A stretch of 64,000 bases of DNA from the NCBI RefSeq assembly GCF_053078305.1, contig NZ_CP166879.1, one strand, 5' to 3'. The notes below the pieces were generated by a model, which ran no database searches, was not told the DNA's origin, and worked only from the letters and a program-made list of their open reading frames with translations. Below are positions 40,021-54,475 of this stretch, piece by piece. How positions within the stretch are numbered: position 1 is the stretch's first letter; every line of letters starts with the position of its first letter. The position numbers and the translations under genes were made by a program.

Positions 40021-40584
40021 TCATTCGCAGCGCTGATCTGAGGCGCTGCCCTCTTTCGCACATATTCTGTTTTGTCGTATCGCCAGCACAGCCTGCCGAC
40101 ATTGTTCGGTGACATTGGCAATATCATGGTTGATATCAATGCGCACAATATCCTGTTCATCTGCTTGTGGACGCTCCAGCGCCTCAAACTGACTTTTTAG
40201 TAACGCTACCGGCATAAAATGCCCAGCCCGACGCTGCATTCGCGCGAGGATAGTTTCATAGTCGCCATCTAACCAGAGGAAATGAACATGGGGGCTACCC
40301 TTGCGTAAAATATCACGATACTGTTTTTTTAATGATGAACAGACAATAAATCCTGTTTCATTCTTTTTATAAAGACTGTATGAAGCATCATTTAAGCGTT
40401 CCAGCCAGGGAAGTCGATCTTCATCAGATAATGGAATACCCTGCGACATTTTATCTATATTTTTGGCTGGATGAAGATCGTCACCATCAATAAATTTAGC
40501 AGATAATAACGCGGCAACCTTGCTACCAATTAATGTTTTACCACTCCCTGAAACGCCCATCAAAATAAAGCTTTCACCCGCCAT
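40021..40584 (-). CDS. idnK: Gluconokinase (thermosensitive, L-idonate pathway)
   Basis: 187 aa; Walker A GVSGSGKT. Confidence 0.92.
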   Translation of the reverse strand: MAGESFILMGVSGSGKTLIGSKVAALLSAKFIDGDDLHPAKNIDKMSQGIPLSDEDRLPWLERLNDASYSLYKKNETGFIVCSSLKKQYRDILRKGSPHVHFLWLDGDYETILARMQRRAGHFMPVALLKSQFEALERPQADEQDIVRIDINHDIANVTEQCRQAVLAIRQNRICAKEGSASDQRCE

Positions 40585-40800
40585 TTAAAATCTCCTGAAT
40601 CATCTTACCTGCTGCGATACTACGCCTGGTGGCATAATAATTTCACGTTTTTTTATTTCTGCTGATAAGAATTACAAGGCACATCACGTTATGCGTAACA
40701 TAGTAATGTAACAATTTTCTGACGTGATCTTCATCACAAATAATGACAATTAAAACCGCTTAAATGCTTCCGAGGTGTCTACCTGACCAGTGAGGAATTT

Positions 40801-41832
40801 ATGCAAGTGAAAACACAGTCCTGCGTTGTTGCGGGCAAGAAAACTGTTGCCGTTACCGAGCAGACGATAGATTGGAATAATAATGGAACATTAGTACAAA
40901 TAACCCGAGGTGGAATTTGCGGTTCCGATTTACATTATTATCAGGAAGGAAAAGTAGGTAATTTCATGATAAAGGCACCGATGGTGTTAGGTCATGAAGT
41001 TATCGGTAAAGTTATTCATAGCGACTCATCAGAATTACATGAAGGGCAAACGGTAGCCATTAATCCGTCTAAACCGTGCGGTCACTGCAAATACTGCATT
41101 GAACATAACGAGAATCAGTGTACAGAGATGCGTTTTTTTGGCAGTGCCATGTATTTCCCTCATGTTGATGGTGGCTTTACCCGTTATAAAATGGTCGAAA
41201 CGTCGCAATGTGTCCCTTATCCGGCCAAAGCTGAAGAAAAGGTTATGGCTTTTGCCGAACCTTTAGCCGTCGCGATTCATGCCGCACATCAGGCCGGCGA
41301 GTTACAGGGCAAGCGAGTATTTATTTCTGGTGTTGGGCCCATTGGCTGCCTGATTGTCAGTGCTGTGAAAACACTGGGGGCCGCGGAAATTGTCTGTGCC
41401 GATGTGAGTCCCCGTTCCCTTTCGCTGGGCAAAGAGATGGGGGCGGATGTGCTCGTAAACCCACAAAACGACGACATGGATCACTGGAAAGCGGAAAAAG
41501 GCTATTTCGATGTCAGCTTTGAAGTGTCCGGTCATCCTTCATCAGTGAATACCTGTCTGGAGGTCACTCGTGCACGCGGCGTAATGGTGCAGGTAGGTAT
41601 GGGAGGCGCGATGGCAGAATTCCCAATGATGACGTTGATTGGTAAGGAGATTTCACTCAGAGGCTCTTTCCGTTTTACCAGCGAATTTAATACCGCAGTG
41701 TCATGGCTGGCGAATGGCGTTATCAATCCACTGCCTTTACTGAGTGCTGAATATCCCTTCACTGACCTGGAAGAGGCGCTACGTTTCGCCGGTGATAAAA
41801 CCCAGGCAGCAAAAGTCCAGCTTGTTTTCTAA
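40801..41832 (+). CDS. idnD: L-idonate 5-dehydrogenase
   Basis: 343 aa zinc-ADH family; divergent from idnK. Confidence 0.92.
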   Translation: MQVKTQSCVVAGKKTVAVTEQTIDWNNNGTLVQITRGGICGSDLHYYQEGKVGNFMIKAPMVLGHEVIGKVIHSDSSELHEGQTVAINPSKPCGHCKYCIEHNENQCTEMRFFGSAMYFPHVDGGFTRYKMVETSQCVPYPAKAEEKVMAFAEPLAVAIHAAHQAGELQGKRVFISGVGPIGCLIVSAVKTLGAAEIVCADVSPRSLSLGKEMGADVLVNPQNDDMDHWKAEKGYFDVSFEVSGHPSSVNTCLEVTRARGVMVQVGMGGAMAEFPMMTLIGKEISLRGSFRFTSEFNTAVSWLANGVINPLPLLSAEYPFTDLEEALRFAGDKTQAAKVQLVF

Positions 41833-41855
41833 GAGATAAATAAAGGAATAATACA

Positions 41856-42620
41856 ATGAACGATCTATTTTCACTGGCAGGAAAAAATATCTTGATTACC
41901 GGTTCAGCACAGGGCATTGGCTTTTTACTGGCAACCGGCCTGGGTAAATATGGCGCACAAATAATTATTAATGATATTACTGCCGAACGCGCAGAACTTG
42001 CTGTAGAAAAACTCCACCAGGAGGGTATTCAGGCCGTTGCCGCACCTTTTAATGTTACTCATAAACATGAAATTGATGCCGCCGTTGAACATATCGAAAA
42101 GGACATCGGCCCCATTGATGTGCTGGTGAATAACGCCGGTATCCAGCGCCGTCATCCTTTTACTGAGTTCCCTGAACAAGAGTGGAATGATGTGATCGCA
42201 GTAAACCAGACCGCCGTGTTCCTGGTATCGCAAGCGGTAACTCGTCACATGGTTGAACGCAAGGCAGGTAAAGTTATTAATATTTGCTCGATGCAAAGCG
42301 AACTGGGACGTGACACCATCACCCCTTATGCCGCATCGAAAGGGGCGGTAAAAATGCTCACCCGCGGCATGTGCGTCGAGCTGGCGCGCCACAATATTCA
42401 GGTCAACGGTATTGCGCCGGGCTATTTCAAAACAGAAATGACTAAAGCACTGGTTGAGGACGAAGCCTTCACCGCCTGGTTGTGCAAACGGACCCCCGCC
42501 GCACGCTGGGGAGATCCGCAGGAACTGATTGGTGCTGCGGTGTTCCTTTCTTCAAAAGCCTCTGATTTCGTAAACGGCCACCTGTTGTTTGTTGATGGCG
42601 GCATGTTAGTGGCTGTTTAA
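41856..42620 (+). CDS. idnO: 5-keto-D-gluconate 5-reductase (SDR family)
   Basis: 254 aa; TGSAQGIG Rossmann motif. Confidence 0.92.
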   Translation: MNDLFSLAGKNILITGSAQGIGFLLATGLGKYGAQIIINDITAERAELAVEKLHQEGIQAVAAPFNVTHKHEIDAAVEHIEKDIGPIDVLVNNAGIQRRHPFTEFPEQEWNDVIAVNQTAVFLVSQAVTRHMVERKAGKVINICSMQSELGRDTITPYAASKGAVKMLTRGMCVELARHNIQVNGIAPGYFKTEMTKALVEDEAFTAWLCKRTPAARWGDPQELIGAAVFLSSKASDFVNGHLLFVDGGMLVAV

Positions 42621-42682
42621 CAGCCCCCCCTACGTGCAGCGCGAAAGCGCTGCTTTTCTGGCACTAATAAGAGATAAAGACT

Positions 42683-44002
42683 ATGCCATTAATCATTATT
42701 GCGGCAGGCGTCGCGCTGCTTCTTATCCTGATGATCGGCTTTAAAGTTAACGGCTTTATTGCCCTCGTTCTGGTAGCTGCCGTCGTCGGATTTGCCGAAG
42801 GGATGGATGCACAGGCCGTCCTGCACTCTATACAAAATGGTATCGGCAGCACGCTCGGCGGGCTGGCAATGATCCTCGGTTTCGGGGCCATGTTAGGCAA
42901 GCTGATTTCTGATACGGGTGCGGCACAACGTATCGCCACTACGCTGATTGCTACTTTTGGTAAAAAACGCGTGCAATGGGCGCTAGTGATCACCGGTCTG
43001 GTTGTGGGCCTCGCCATGTTTTTTGAAGTGGGTTTTGTCCTGCTGTTGCCGTTGGTATTTACCATCGTAGCATCATCAGGATTACCCCTGTTGTATGTTG
43101 GTGTACCAATGGTAGCAGCGCTCTCTGTAACCCACTGTTTTCTGCCGCCACATCCAGGGCCTACTGCCATCGCGACTATCTTTGAGGCTAATCTCGGAAC
43201 GACTTTACTGTATGGATTTATCATTACCATTCCGACAGTTATTGTCGCAGGACCGCTGTTTTCTAAACTGCTAACTCGCTTTGAGAAAGCACCACCGGAA
43301 GGCTTATTTAATCCTCATCTGTTTAGCGAAGAGGAGATGCCCTCCTTCTGGAACAGTATTTTCGCTGCCGTGATCCCGGTCATCCTGATGGCTATCGCCG
43401 CCGTTTGTGAAATTACGTTACCGAAAACTAACACCGTGCGCCTCTTCTTTGAATTTGTCGGTAACCCTGCCGTTGCGCTGTTTATTGCCATTGTTATTGC
43501 GATTTTCACACTGGGCCGACGTAATGGACGCACCATCGAGCAAATCATGGATATCATTGGGGATTCTATAGGCGCTATCGCGATGATTGTGTTTATTATC
43601 GCTGGCGGCGGCGCGTTTAAGCAGGTATTAGTAGATAGCGGTGTCGGGCACTATATTTCACACTTAATGACCGGAACTACACTTTCGCCGTTATTGATGT
43701 GCTGGACTGTTGCGGCGCTGTTGCGTATCGCTCTGGGCTCTGCCACCGTCGCGGCCATTACCACCGCGGGTGTGGTGTTGCCGATTATCAACGTTACCCA
43801 TGCCGATCCCGCTTTAATGGTACTGGCAACCGGTGCGGGCAGCGTGATCGCGTCACACGTAAACGACCCTGGCTTCTGGCTATTTAAAGGGTATTTTAAT
43901 CTGACGGTTGGTGAAACGTTGCGTACCTGGACGGTGATGGAAACCCTTATTTCTATTATGGGTTTGCTGGGGGTGTTAGCCATTAACGCCGTATTGCACT
44001 GA
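42683..44002 (+). CDS. idnT: L-idonate/5-ketogluconate/gluconate transporter (GntP family)
   Basis: 439-aa GntP-family membrane protein in idn operon. Confidence 0.92.
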   Translation: MPLIIIAAGVALLLILMIGFKVNGFIALVLVAAVVGFAEGMDAQAVLHSIQNGIGSTLGGLAMILGFGAMLGKLISDTGAAQRIATTLIATFGKKRVQWALVITGLVVGLAMFFEVGFVLLLPLVFTIVASSGLPLLYVGVPMVAALSVTHCFLPPHPGPTAIATIFEANLGTTLLYGFIITIPTVIVAGPLFSKLLTRFEKAPPEGLFNPHLFSEEEMPSFWNSIFAAVIPVILMAIAAVCEITLPKTNTVRLFFEFVGNPAVALFIAIVIAIFTLGRRNGRTIEQIMDIIGDSIGAIAMIVFIIAGGGAFKQVLVDSGVGHYISHLMTGTTLSPLLMCWTVAALLRIALGSATVAAITTAGVVLPIINVTHADPALMVLATGAGSVIASHVNDPGFWLFKGYFNLTVGETLRTWTVMETLISIMGLLGVLAINAVLH

Positions 44003-44068
44003 AAGAATAAAATATTGTGATGTAGTTTCGGGGGAAGATTGAAGATTCCCCCGACGTTGGGAGAAGTT

Positions 44069-45067
44069 ATGCGCAATCACAGAATTTCTTTACAGGATAT
44101 CGCTACGCTGGCTGGCGTAACAAAAATGACCGTGAGTCGTTATATCCGCTCGCCGAAAAAGGTGGCAAAGGAAACAGGCGAGCGCATCGCCAAAATTATG
44201 GAAGAGATCAATTATATCCCTAATCGCGCTCCCGGCATGTTGTTGAATGCACAAAGTTATACCCTCGGTATCTTGATTCCGTCATTTCAAAATCAACTCT
44301 TCGCTGACATTCTCGCGGGAATAGAATCCGTCACCTCTGAGCATAATTATCAGACCCTTATTGCTAATTACAATTACGATCGCGATTCCGAAGAAGAGTC
44401 GGTGATTAACCTGCTCTCTTATAACATTGACGGGATTATACTTTCGGAAAAATATCACACCATCAGGACGGTGAAATTTCTGCGTTCAGCCACCATTCCG
44501 GTCGTGGAATTGATGGATGTACAGGGAGAACGGCTGGATATGGAGGTCGGTTTTGATAATCGGCAGGCCGCTTTTGACATGGTGTGTACCATGCTGGAGA
44601 AGCGAGTCAGGCACAAAATTCTGTATCTCGGTTCCAAAGATGACACCCGCGATGAACAGCGTTATCAGGGGTATTGCGATGCGATGATGCTGCATAATCT
44701 TTCCCCATTACGCATGAATCCACGCGCCATCTCATCCATTCATTTAGGAATGCAGTTAATGCGTGATGCCCTTAGCGCAAACCCGGATTTAGACGGTGTA
44801 TTTTGCACCAATGACGATATTGCGATGGGTGCGCTTCTGCTGTGCCGCGAGCGAAACCTCGCCGTGCCAGAACAAATTTCCATTGCGGGTTTTCATGGGC
44901 TGGAGATTGGCAGGCAAATGATCCCAAGCCTCGCCAGCGTAATTACTCCCCGTTTTGATATTGGTCGGATGGCCGCCCAAATGTTGCTGAGCAAAATTAA
45001 AAATAACGATCACAACCACAACACTGTTGACCTCGGGTATCAGATTTATCACGGCAACACGCTTTAG
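44069..45067 (+). CDS. idnR: LacI-family regulator IdnR
   Basis: Start at [26 protein letters not shown] (HTH); 332 aa. Confidence 0.9.
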   Translation: MRNHRISLQDIATLAGVTKMTVSRYIRSPKKVAKETGERIAKIMEEINYIPNRAPGMLLNAQSYTLGILIPSFQNQLFADILAGIESVTSEHNYQTLIANYNYDRDSEEESVINLLSYNIDGIILSEKYHTIRTVKFLRSATIPVVELMDVQGERLDMEVGFDNRQAAFDMVCTMLEKRVRHKILYLGSKDDTRDEQRYQGYCDAMMLHNLSPLRMNPRAISSIHLGMQLMRDALSANPDLDGVFCTNDDIAMGALLLCRERNLAVPEQISIAGFHGLEIGRQMIPSLASVITPRFDIGRMAAQMLLSKIKNNDHNHNTVDLGYQIYHGNTL

Positions 45068-45144
45068 GTTATTTTCTCTTCATTACACGTATTCTCTTTG
45101 CCGGACGTTGCCTATACTCCAGGCAGGAAACTGGAGGAAATCTC

Positions 45145-46647
45145 ATGAGCGACCCCCTGTTAATTGCACGCACGCCGGACACAGAACTGTTTTTACTGCC
45201 GGGAATGGCTAACCGTCACGGGCTGATTACTGGCGCAACGGGGACGGGTAAAACCGTTACGCTGCAAAAACTGGCTGAGTCTCTATCGGAAATCGGCGTG
45301 CCGGTGTTTATGGCTGATGTGAAAGGCGATCTGACCGGTATCGCGCAGGCAGGAACGGCGTCGGAAAAACTGCTCACAAGGCTTAAAAATATCGGCGTCA
45401 ATGACTGGCAACCGCATGCCAATCCGGTGGTGGTGTGGGATATCTTTGGCGAGAAAGGCCATCCGGTGCGGGCGACGGTTTCGGATCTGGGGCCGCTGTT
45501 GCTGGCACGACTGTTGAATCTCAACGATGTGCAATCTGGCGTGCTGAATATCATCTTCCGCATTGCTGATGATCAGGGGCTGTTACTGCTCGACTTTAAA
45601 GATTTGCGGGCGATTACCCAGTACATCGGCGATAACGCCAAATCCTTCCAGAATCAGTACGGAAATATCAGTAGCGCATCGGTTGGTGCCATCCAGCGCG
45701 GGCTGTTATCGCTGGAACAGCAAGGCGCAACACACTTTTTTGGTGAGCCGATGCTGGATATCAAAGACTGGATGCGCACCGATGCCAACGGTAAAGGCGT
45801 TATCAATATCCTCAGCGCCGAGAAGCTTTATCAGATGCCGAAACTGTACGCCGCCAGTCTGCTGTGGATGCTTTCAGAGTTGTATGAACAATTGCCGGAA
45901 GCGGGCGATCTGGAGAAACCAAAACTGGTGTTTTTTTTCGACGAGGCACATCTGCTGTTTAACGATGCCCCGCAGGTACTGCTGGATAAGATTGAGCAGG
46001 TGATAAGGCTTATTCGCTCAAAAGGCGTGGGCGTCTGGTTCGTTTCGCAAAACCCGTCTGATATTCCGGATAATGTGCTCGGCCAGCTCGGTAATCGCGT
46101 TCAACATGCTTTGCGGGCTTTTACGCCCAAAGATCAGAAAGCGGTAAAAGCTGCGGCGCAAACCATGCGGGCCAATCCGGCGTTTGATACCGAAAAGGCG
46201 ATTCAGGAACTGGGCACCGGCGAGGCGTTGATCTCTTTTCTGGATGCGAAAGGAAGCCCTTCTGTGGTGGAGCGTGCGATGGTGATCGCGCCTTGTTCGC
46301 GGATGGGGCCGGTGACGGAAGATGAGCGTAATGGCTTGATTAATCACTCTCCGGTGTATGGCAAGTACGAGGATGACGTGGACCGGGAATCCGCCTATGA
46401 GATGTTGCAAAAAGGCTTTCAGGCCAGTAACGAGCAGCAAAATAACCCCCCCGCGAAAGGGAAAGAGGTAGCGGTGGATGACGGCATTCTTGGTGGATTG
46501 AAGGATATTTTGTTTGGCACTACCGGACCACGCGGCGGGAAGAAAGATGGTGTGGTGCAAACAATGGCCAAAAGCGCCGCTCGCCAGGTAACGAATCAGA
46601 TTGTACGCGGGATGTTGGGGAGTTTGCTGGGGGGGAGAAGAAGGTAA
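45145..46647 (+). CDS. yjgR: DUF853-family P-loop NTPase YjgR
   Basis: 500 aa; Walker [10 protein letters not shown]. Confidence 0.88.
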   Translation: MSDPLLIARTPDTELFLLPGMANRHGLITGATGTGKTVTLQKLAESLSEIGVPVFMADVKGDLTGIAQAGTASEKLLTRLKNIGVNDWQPHANPVVVWDIFGEKGHPVRATVSDLGPLLLARLLNLNDVQSGVLNIIFRIADDQGLLLLDFKDLRAITQYIGDNAKSFQNQYGNISSASVGAIQRGLLSLEQQGATHFFGEPMLDIKDWMRTDANGKGVINILSAEKLYQMPKLYAASLLWMLSELYEQLPEAGDLEKPKLVFFFDEAHLLFNDAPQVLLDKIEQVIRLIRSKGVGVWFVSQNPSDIPDNVLGQLGNRVQHALRAFTPKDQKAVKAAAQTMRANPAFDTEKAIQELGTGEALISFLDAKGSPSVVERAMVIAPCSRMGPVTEDERNGLINHSPVYGKYEDDVDRESAYEMLQKGFQASNEQQNNPPAKGKEVAVDDGILGGLKDILFGTTGPRGGKKDGVVQTMAKSAARQVTNQIVRGMLGSLLGGRRR

Positions 46648-46654
46648 GTCAGGC

Positions 46655-46710
46655 GAGATTTGTCTTTGCCTGATGCGACGCTGGCGCGTCTTATCATGCC
46701 CACCCCACAG
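46655..46710. repeat. REP element
   Basis: gcctgatgcgacgctggcgcgtcttatcatgcccacc. Confidence 0.7.
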
Positions 46711-46807
46711 CAATATATTGAATTTTAATTATTTTTCAGGAATGAACGAAGCACACTTTGCTAACAATAATAAAGGGAGCTTTCGCTCCCTTTATTCGTT
46801 CATTCGG

Positions 46808-47890
46808 TTACGATTTTCTCATTAACAGCCACAGGCTGATTAAGAAGAAGCTGGCGCTTGGCAACAGTGCGCCAATGATCGGCGGGATGCCGTAAACCAA
46901 CGTCAGCGGACCGAAGATCTGGTCCAGTACGTAGAAGACAAAACCGAAGCTAATACCGGTGACCACACGCACACCCATCGGTACGCTACGCAGTGGGCCA
47001 AAGATGAACGACAGCGCCATCAGCATCATCACCGCCACGGATAGCGGCTGGAAGATTTTGCTCCACATGTTGAGCTGATAACGTCCGGCATCCTGACCGC
47101 TCGACTTCAGATACTTCACATAGTTGTGCAAACCGCTGATAGAGAGTGCATCCGGGTCCAGCGCCACCACGCCCAGTTTGTCAGGCGTGAGGTTGGTTTT
47201 CCAGGTGCCGCTCACCGTCTGCGAACCGGTGATCTGTTTCGGATTGGTCAGATCAGATTCATCAACCTGCGACAGACGCCAGACTTTATGTTCCGGGTCA
47301 AACTTCGCAGTAGCGGCATAGCGTACGGATTGCAGACGACGATTCTCGTTAAAGGCATAAATGCTGATGCCACCTAACTCTTCGTCACCTTTAACCCGCT
47401 CAATGTAGACGAAGTTGTTGCCATCTTTCGCCCATAAGCCTTGCTGGGTAGAGAGCAACGAGCCGCCGTACATCGCCTGCGCACGGTAGTTACGCGCCAT
47501 CTGCTCGCCCTGCGGCGCGACCCATTCACCAATCGCCATCGTCAGTAAGACCAGCGGAATGGCGGTTTTCATCACCGACAGCGCAACCTGCATACGGGTG
47601 AAACCAGAAGCCTGCATCACCACCAGTTCGCTGCGCTGCGCCAGCATCCCAAGACCAAGCAACGCCCCAAGCAGAGCCGCCATCGGGAAGAAGATTTGCA
47701 CATCTTTCGGCACGCTCAGCAAGGTATACATTCCTGCGCCTAACGCGTCGTAACTCCCCTGCCCGGCTTTTTTCAGCTGATCGACAAACTTGATAATGCC
47801 CGACAGCGACACCAGCATGAACAGCGTCATCATGATGGTGGTGAAAATAGTTTTACCGATATAGCGGTCAAGTACGCCAAAAGGTTGCAT
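46808..47890 (-). CDS. lptG: LPS export ABC transporter permease LptG
   Basis: 360 aa from MQPFGVLDRYIGK; overlaps lptF stop. Confidence 0.93.
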   Translation of the reverse strand: MQPFGVLDRYIGKTIFTTIMMTLFMLVSLSGIIKFVDQLKKAGQGSYDALGAGMYTLLSVPKDVQIFFPMAALLGALLGLGMLAQRSELVVMQASGFTRMQVALSVMKTAIPLVLLTMAIGEWVAPQGEQMARNYRAQAMYGGSLLSTQQGLWAKDGNNFVYIERVKGDEELGGISIYAFNENRRLQSVRYAATAKFDPEHKVWRLSQVDESDLTNPKQITGSQTVSGTWKTNLTPDKLGVVALDPDALSISGLHNYVKYLKSSGQDAGRYQLNMWSKIFQPLSVAVMMLMALSFIFGPLRSVPMGVRVVTGISFGFVFYVLDQIFGPLTLVYGIPPIIGALLPSASFFLISLWLLMRKS

Positions 47891-48990
47891 CACACCGCTC
47901 CTTTACGCGAAAAACTGGCGCGCAGGCGGCGGACCGGCACGGTGTCCCAAAGGTTGAGAACAATCGCCAAAGCCAGATAAATCAGGTTAACGGTCCACAT
48001 CCACAGCGTCGGGTCCAGCTTACCTTTACCGCCGTTCGATTTCAGGGAGGTCTGGATCAGGAAGAAAAGTAGATACAGCAGCATGGCTGGCAGCATCGAC
48101 AGTACGCGTCCCTGACGTGGGTTAACCACGCTCAGCGGTACGACCATAAGTGCCATCATAAACACGGTGAATACCAACGTGATACGCCAGTTCAGTTCTG
48201 CGCGAGCACGATCGGTGTCAGTGTTCCACAATGTGCGCATGTCCATCTGGTCGGTATCGTTCGGGTCGAGCGCCACCGCCTGGTGACCAATGATCGCCTG
48301 ATAATCCTGGAAATCCGTAATGCGGAAATCACGTAACAGTGCAGTGCCTTCGAAGCGCGTTCCCTGGTTGAGAGTGACGACCTGGGAGCCGTCGCGCAGC
48401 TGGGTTAAATGTCCGGAATCGGCCACCACCACAGAAGGACGTGCATTACCTTTTGGTCGAATTTGCGCGAGGAACACATCTTTGAAATCGCTGCCGTCAA
48501 CGCTTTCGATGAACAGCACCGAACTGCCATTAGTCGCTTGCTGGAATTGCCCTTGCGCCAGCGCCGCCATGCCAGGGTTCGCTTTCGCTTCTGCTAACAC
48601 TTCATCCTGATGACGCGATGACCACGGTCCCGCCCACATCACGTTAACCGCCGCGACGATTGCCGTGAATACCGCAAGGATCATTGCCGCTTTCACCAGA
48701 ACCGCTTTGCTCAGGCCGCAGGCATGCATTACCGTAATTTCACTTTCGGTATACAGTTTGCCCAGCGTCATCAGCAGCCCGAGGAACAGGCTTAATGGCA
48801 GGATAAGCTGCGCCATTTCCGGCACGCCCAACCCGAGAAGGGAGAGCACCAGATTCGCCGGAATATCGCCGTCAACCGCTGCGCCGAGGATCCTCACTAA
48901 CTTTTGACAGAAGAAGATCAAAAGCAAGATGAAGAGTATCGCCAGCTGGCTTTTGAGCGTCTCCCGCACCAGATATCTTATGATTATCAC
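47890..48990 (-). CDS. lptF: LPS export ABC transporter permease LptF
   Basis: 366 aa MIIIRYLVRETLKSQL... Confidence 0.93.
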   Translation of the reverse strand: MIIIRYLVRETLKSQLAILFILLLIFFCQKLVRILGAAVDGDIPANLVLSLLGLGVPEMAQLILPLSLFLGLLMTLGKLYTESEITVMHACGLSKAVLVKAAMILAVFTAIVAAVNVMWAGPWSSRHQDEVLAEAKANPGMAALAQGQFQQATNGSSVLFIESVDGSDFKDVFLAQIRPKGNARPSVVVADSGHLTQLRDGSQVVTLNQGTRFEGTALLRDFRITDFQDYQAIIGHQAVALDPNDTDQMDMRTLWNTDTDRARAELNWRITLVFTVFMMALMVVPLSVVNPRQGRVLSMLPAMLLYLLFFLIQTSLKSNGGKGKLDPTLWMWTVNLIYLALAIVLNLWDTVPVRRLRASFSRKGAV

Positions 48991-49253
48991 TTTAAATACG
49001 CCCGTAAAAACTCGTCTTTTGCAGGATTTTAGCTTGTTTCATGGCTTAAACGTCATTTATTCTCTTGAGTCGTCGAAATCGTCGCTAAGATAATTATACT
49101 CAACGGATTCACCTCTCAGATTTTGTTCTGACGTGCCAATGCCGTAATAACGTTAAGATTAACACGAAGTCATCGCAACAGCGGACATGAGTTACGAAAG
49201 CTTGCAATTCTATCTGTAGCCACCGCCGTTGTCTTTAAGATTCAGGAGCGTAG

Positions 49254-50768
<1,515 letters not shown>

Positions 50769-50774
50769 TTGCGT

Positions 50775-51090
<316 letters not shown>

Positions 51091-51121
51091 GTATTTAAAT
51101 CCACCACAAGAAGCCCCATAT

Positions 51122-51565
51122 ATGAAAAACGCGACGTTCTACCTTCTGGACAATGACACCACCGTCGATGGCTTAAGCGCCGTTGAGCAGTTGGTGTGTG
51201 AAATTGCCGCAGAACGTTGGCGCAGCGGTAAGCGCGTGCTCATCGCCTGTGAAGATGAAAAGCAGGCTTACCGGCTGGATGAAGCCCTGTGGGCGCGTCC
51301 GGCAGAAAGCTTTGTTCCGCATAATTTAGCGGGAGAAGGACCGCGCGGCGGTGCGCCGGTGGAGATCGCCTGGCCGCAAAAACGCAGCAGCAGCCCGCGC
51401 GATATATTGATTAGTCTGCGAACAAGCTTTGCAGATTTTGCCACCGCTTTCACAGAAGTGGTAGACTTCGTTCCTTATGAAGATTCTCTGAAACAACTGG
51501 CGCGCGAACGCTATAAAGCCTACCGCGTGGCTGGTTTCAACCTGAATACGGCAACCTGGAAATAA
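51122..51565 (+). CDS. holC: DNA polymerase III chi subunit
   Basis: 147 aa [24 protein letters not shown]...; overlaps valS start. Confidence 0.93.
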
Positions 51566-54420
51566 TGGAAAAGACATATAACCCACAAGATATCGAACAG
51601 CCGCTTTACGAGCACTGGGAAAAGCAGGGCTACTTTAAGCCTAATGGCGATGAAAGCCAGGAGAGTTTCTGCATCATGATCCCGCCGCCGAACGTCACCG
51701 GCAGTTTGCATATGGGTCACGCCTTCCAGCAAACCATCATGGATACCATGATCCGCTATCAGCGCATGCAGGGCAAAAACACCCTGTGGCAGGTCGGTAC
51801 TGACCACGCCGGGATCGCTACCCAGATGGTCGTTGAGCGCAAGATTGCCGCAGAAGAAGGTAAAACCCGTCACGACTACGGCCGCGAAGCTTTCATCGAC
51901 AAAATCTGGGAATGGAAAGCGGAATCCGGCGGCACGATTACCCGTCAGATGCGCCGTCTCGGCAACTCCGTCGACTGGGAGCGTGAACGCTTCACCATGG
52001 ACGAAGGCCTGTCCAATGCGGTGAAAGAAGTTTTCGTTCGTCTGTATAAAGAAGACCTGATTTACCGTGGCAAACGCCTGGTAAACTGGGACCCGAAACT
52101 GCGCACCGCTATCTCTGACCTGGAAGTGGAAAACCGCGAATCGAAAGGTTCGATGTGGCACATCCGCTATCCGCTGGCTGACGGTGCGAAAACCGCAGAC
52201 GGTAAAGATTATCTGGTGGTCGCGACTACCCGTCCGGAAACCCTGCTGGGCGATACTGGCGTAGCCGTTAACCCGGAAGATCCGCGTTACAAAGATCTGA
52301 TTGGCAAATATGTCATTCTGCCGCTGGTTAACCGTCGTATTCCGATCGTTGGCGACGAACACGCCGACATGGAAAAAGGCACCGGCTGCGTGAAAATCAC
52401 TCCGGCGCACGACTTTAACGACTATGAAGTGGGTAAACGTCACGCGCTGCCGATGATCAACATCCTGACCTTTGACGGCGATATCCGTGAAAGCGCCCAG
52501 GTGTTCGATACCAAAGGTAACGAATCTGACGTTTATTCCAGCGAAATCCCGGCAGAGTTCCAGAAACTCGAGCGTTTTGCTGCACGTAAAGCAGTCGTTG
52601 CTGCGGTTGACGCACTCGGCCTGCTGGAAGAAATTAAACCGCACGACCTGACCGTTCCTTACGGCGACCGTGGCGGCGTAGTTATCGAACCAATGCTGAC
52701 CGACCAGTGGTACGTGCGTGCCGATGTACTGGCGAAACCGGCGGTTGAAGCGGTTGAGAACGGCGACATTCAGTTCGTACCGAAGCAGTACGAAAACATG
52801 TACTTCTCCTGGATGCGCGATATTCAGGACTGGTGTATCTCTCGTCAGCTGTGGTGGGGTCACCGTATCCCGGCATGGTACGACGAAGCAGGTAACGTTT
52901 ATGTTGGCCGCAACGAAGAAGAAGTGCGCAAGGAAAATAACCTCGGTGCCGACGTTGCCCTGCGTCAGGACGAAGACGTTCTCGACACCTGGTTCTCTTC
53001 TGCGCTGTGGACCTTCTCTACCCTAGGCTGGCCGGAAAACACCGACGCACTGCGCCAGTTCCACCCAACCAGCGTGATGGTATCTGGTTTCGACATCATC
53101 TTCTTCTGGATTGCCCGCATGATCATGATGACCATGCACTTCATCAAAGATGAAAATGGCAAACCGCAGGTGCCGTTCCACACCGTTTACATGACCGGCC
53201 TGATTCGTGATGACGAAGGCCAGAAGATGTCCAAATCCAAGGGTAACGTTATCGACCCACTGGATATGGTTGACGGTATTTCGCTGCCAGAACTGCTGGA
53301 AAAACGTACCGGCAATATGATGCAGCCGCAGCTGGCGGACAAAATCCGTAAGCGCACCGAGAAGCAGTTCCCGAACGGTATTGAGCCGCACGGTACTGAC
53401 GCGCTGCGCTTCACCCTGGCGGCACTGGCTTCTACCGGTCGTGACATCAACTGGGATATGAAGCGCCTGGAAGGTTACCGTAACTTCTGTAACAAGCTGT
53501 GGAACGCCAGCCGCTTTGTGCTGATGAACACGGAAGGTCAGGATTGCGGCTTCAACGGTGGTGAAATGACGCTGTCGCTGGCGGACCGCTGGATTCTGGC
53601 AGAGTTCAACCAGACCATCAAAGCGTACCGCGAAGCGCTGGACAGCTTCCGCTTCGATATCGCTGCAGGCATTCTGTATGAGTTCACCTGGAACCAGTTC
53701 TGTGACTGGTATCTCGAGCTGACCAAGCCGGTAATGAACGGTGGCACCGAAGCAGAACTGCGCGGTACTCGCCATACGCTGGTGACTGTACTGGAAGGTC
53801 TGCTGCGCCTCGCGCATCCGATCATTCCGTTCATCACCGAAACCATCTGGCAGCGTGTGAAAGTACTTTGCGGTATCACTGCCGACACCATCATGCTGCA
53901 GCCGTTCCCGCAGTACGATGCATCTCAGGTTGATGAAGCCGCACTGGCCGACACCGAATGGCTGAAACAGGCGATCGTTGCGGTACGTAACATCCGTGCA
54001 GAAATGAACATCGCGCCGGGCAAACCGCTGGAGCTGCTGCTGCGTGGTTGCAGCGCGGATGCAGAACGTCGCGTAAATGAAAACCGTGGCTTCCTGCAAA
54101 CGCTGGCGCGTCTGGAAAGCATCACCGTGCTGCCTGCCGATGACAAAGGTCCGGTTTCCGTTACGAAGATCATCGACGGCGCAGAGCTGCTGATCCCGAT
54201 GGCTGGCCTCATCAACAAAGAAGATGAGCTGGCGCGTCTGGCGAAAGAAGTGGCGAAGATCGAAGGCGAAATCAGCCGTATCGAGAACAAGCTGGCGAAT
54301 GAAGGCTTTGTCGCCCGCGCACCGGAAGCGGTCATCGCGAAAGAGCGTGAGAAGCTGGAAGGCTATGCGGAAGCGAAAGCGAAACTGATTGAACAGCAGG
54401 CTGTTATCGCCGCGCTGTAA
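51565..54420 (+). CDS. valS: Valine--tRNA ligase
   Basis: 951 aa; HMGH and KMSKS class I motifs. Confidence 0.97.
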
Positions 54421-54442
54421 TCAAAACACAGTGATGAAAACG

Positions 54443-54471
54443 AAGGCCGGAGCATGCTCCGGCCTTTTTTA
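54443..54471 (+). terminator. Rho-independent terminator after valS (probably bidirectional with yjgN)
   Basis: aaggccggagcatgctccggcc hairpin followed by tttttt. Confidence 0.75.
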
Positions 54472-54475
54472 TCTC

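Noticed and set aside
51520-54099. Long minus-strand ORFs (447 aa and 358 aa) opposite valS
   Set aside because: Antisense shadow ORFs inside the well-supported valS coding region.
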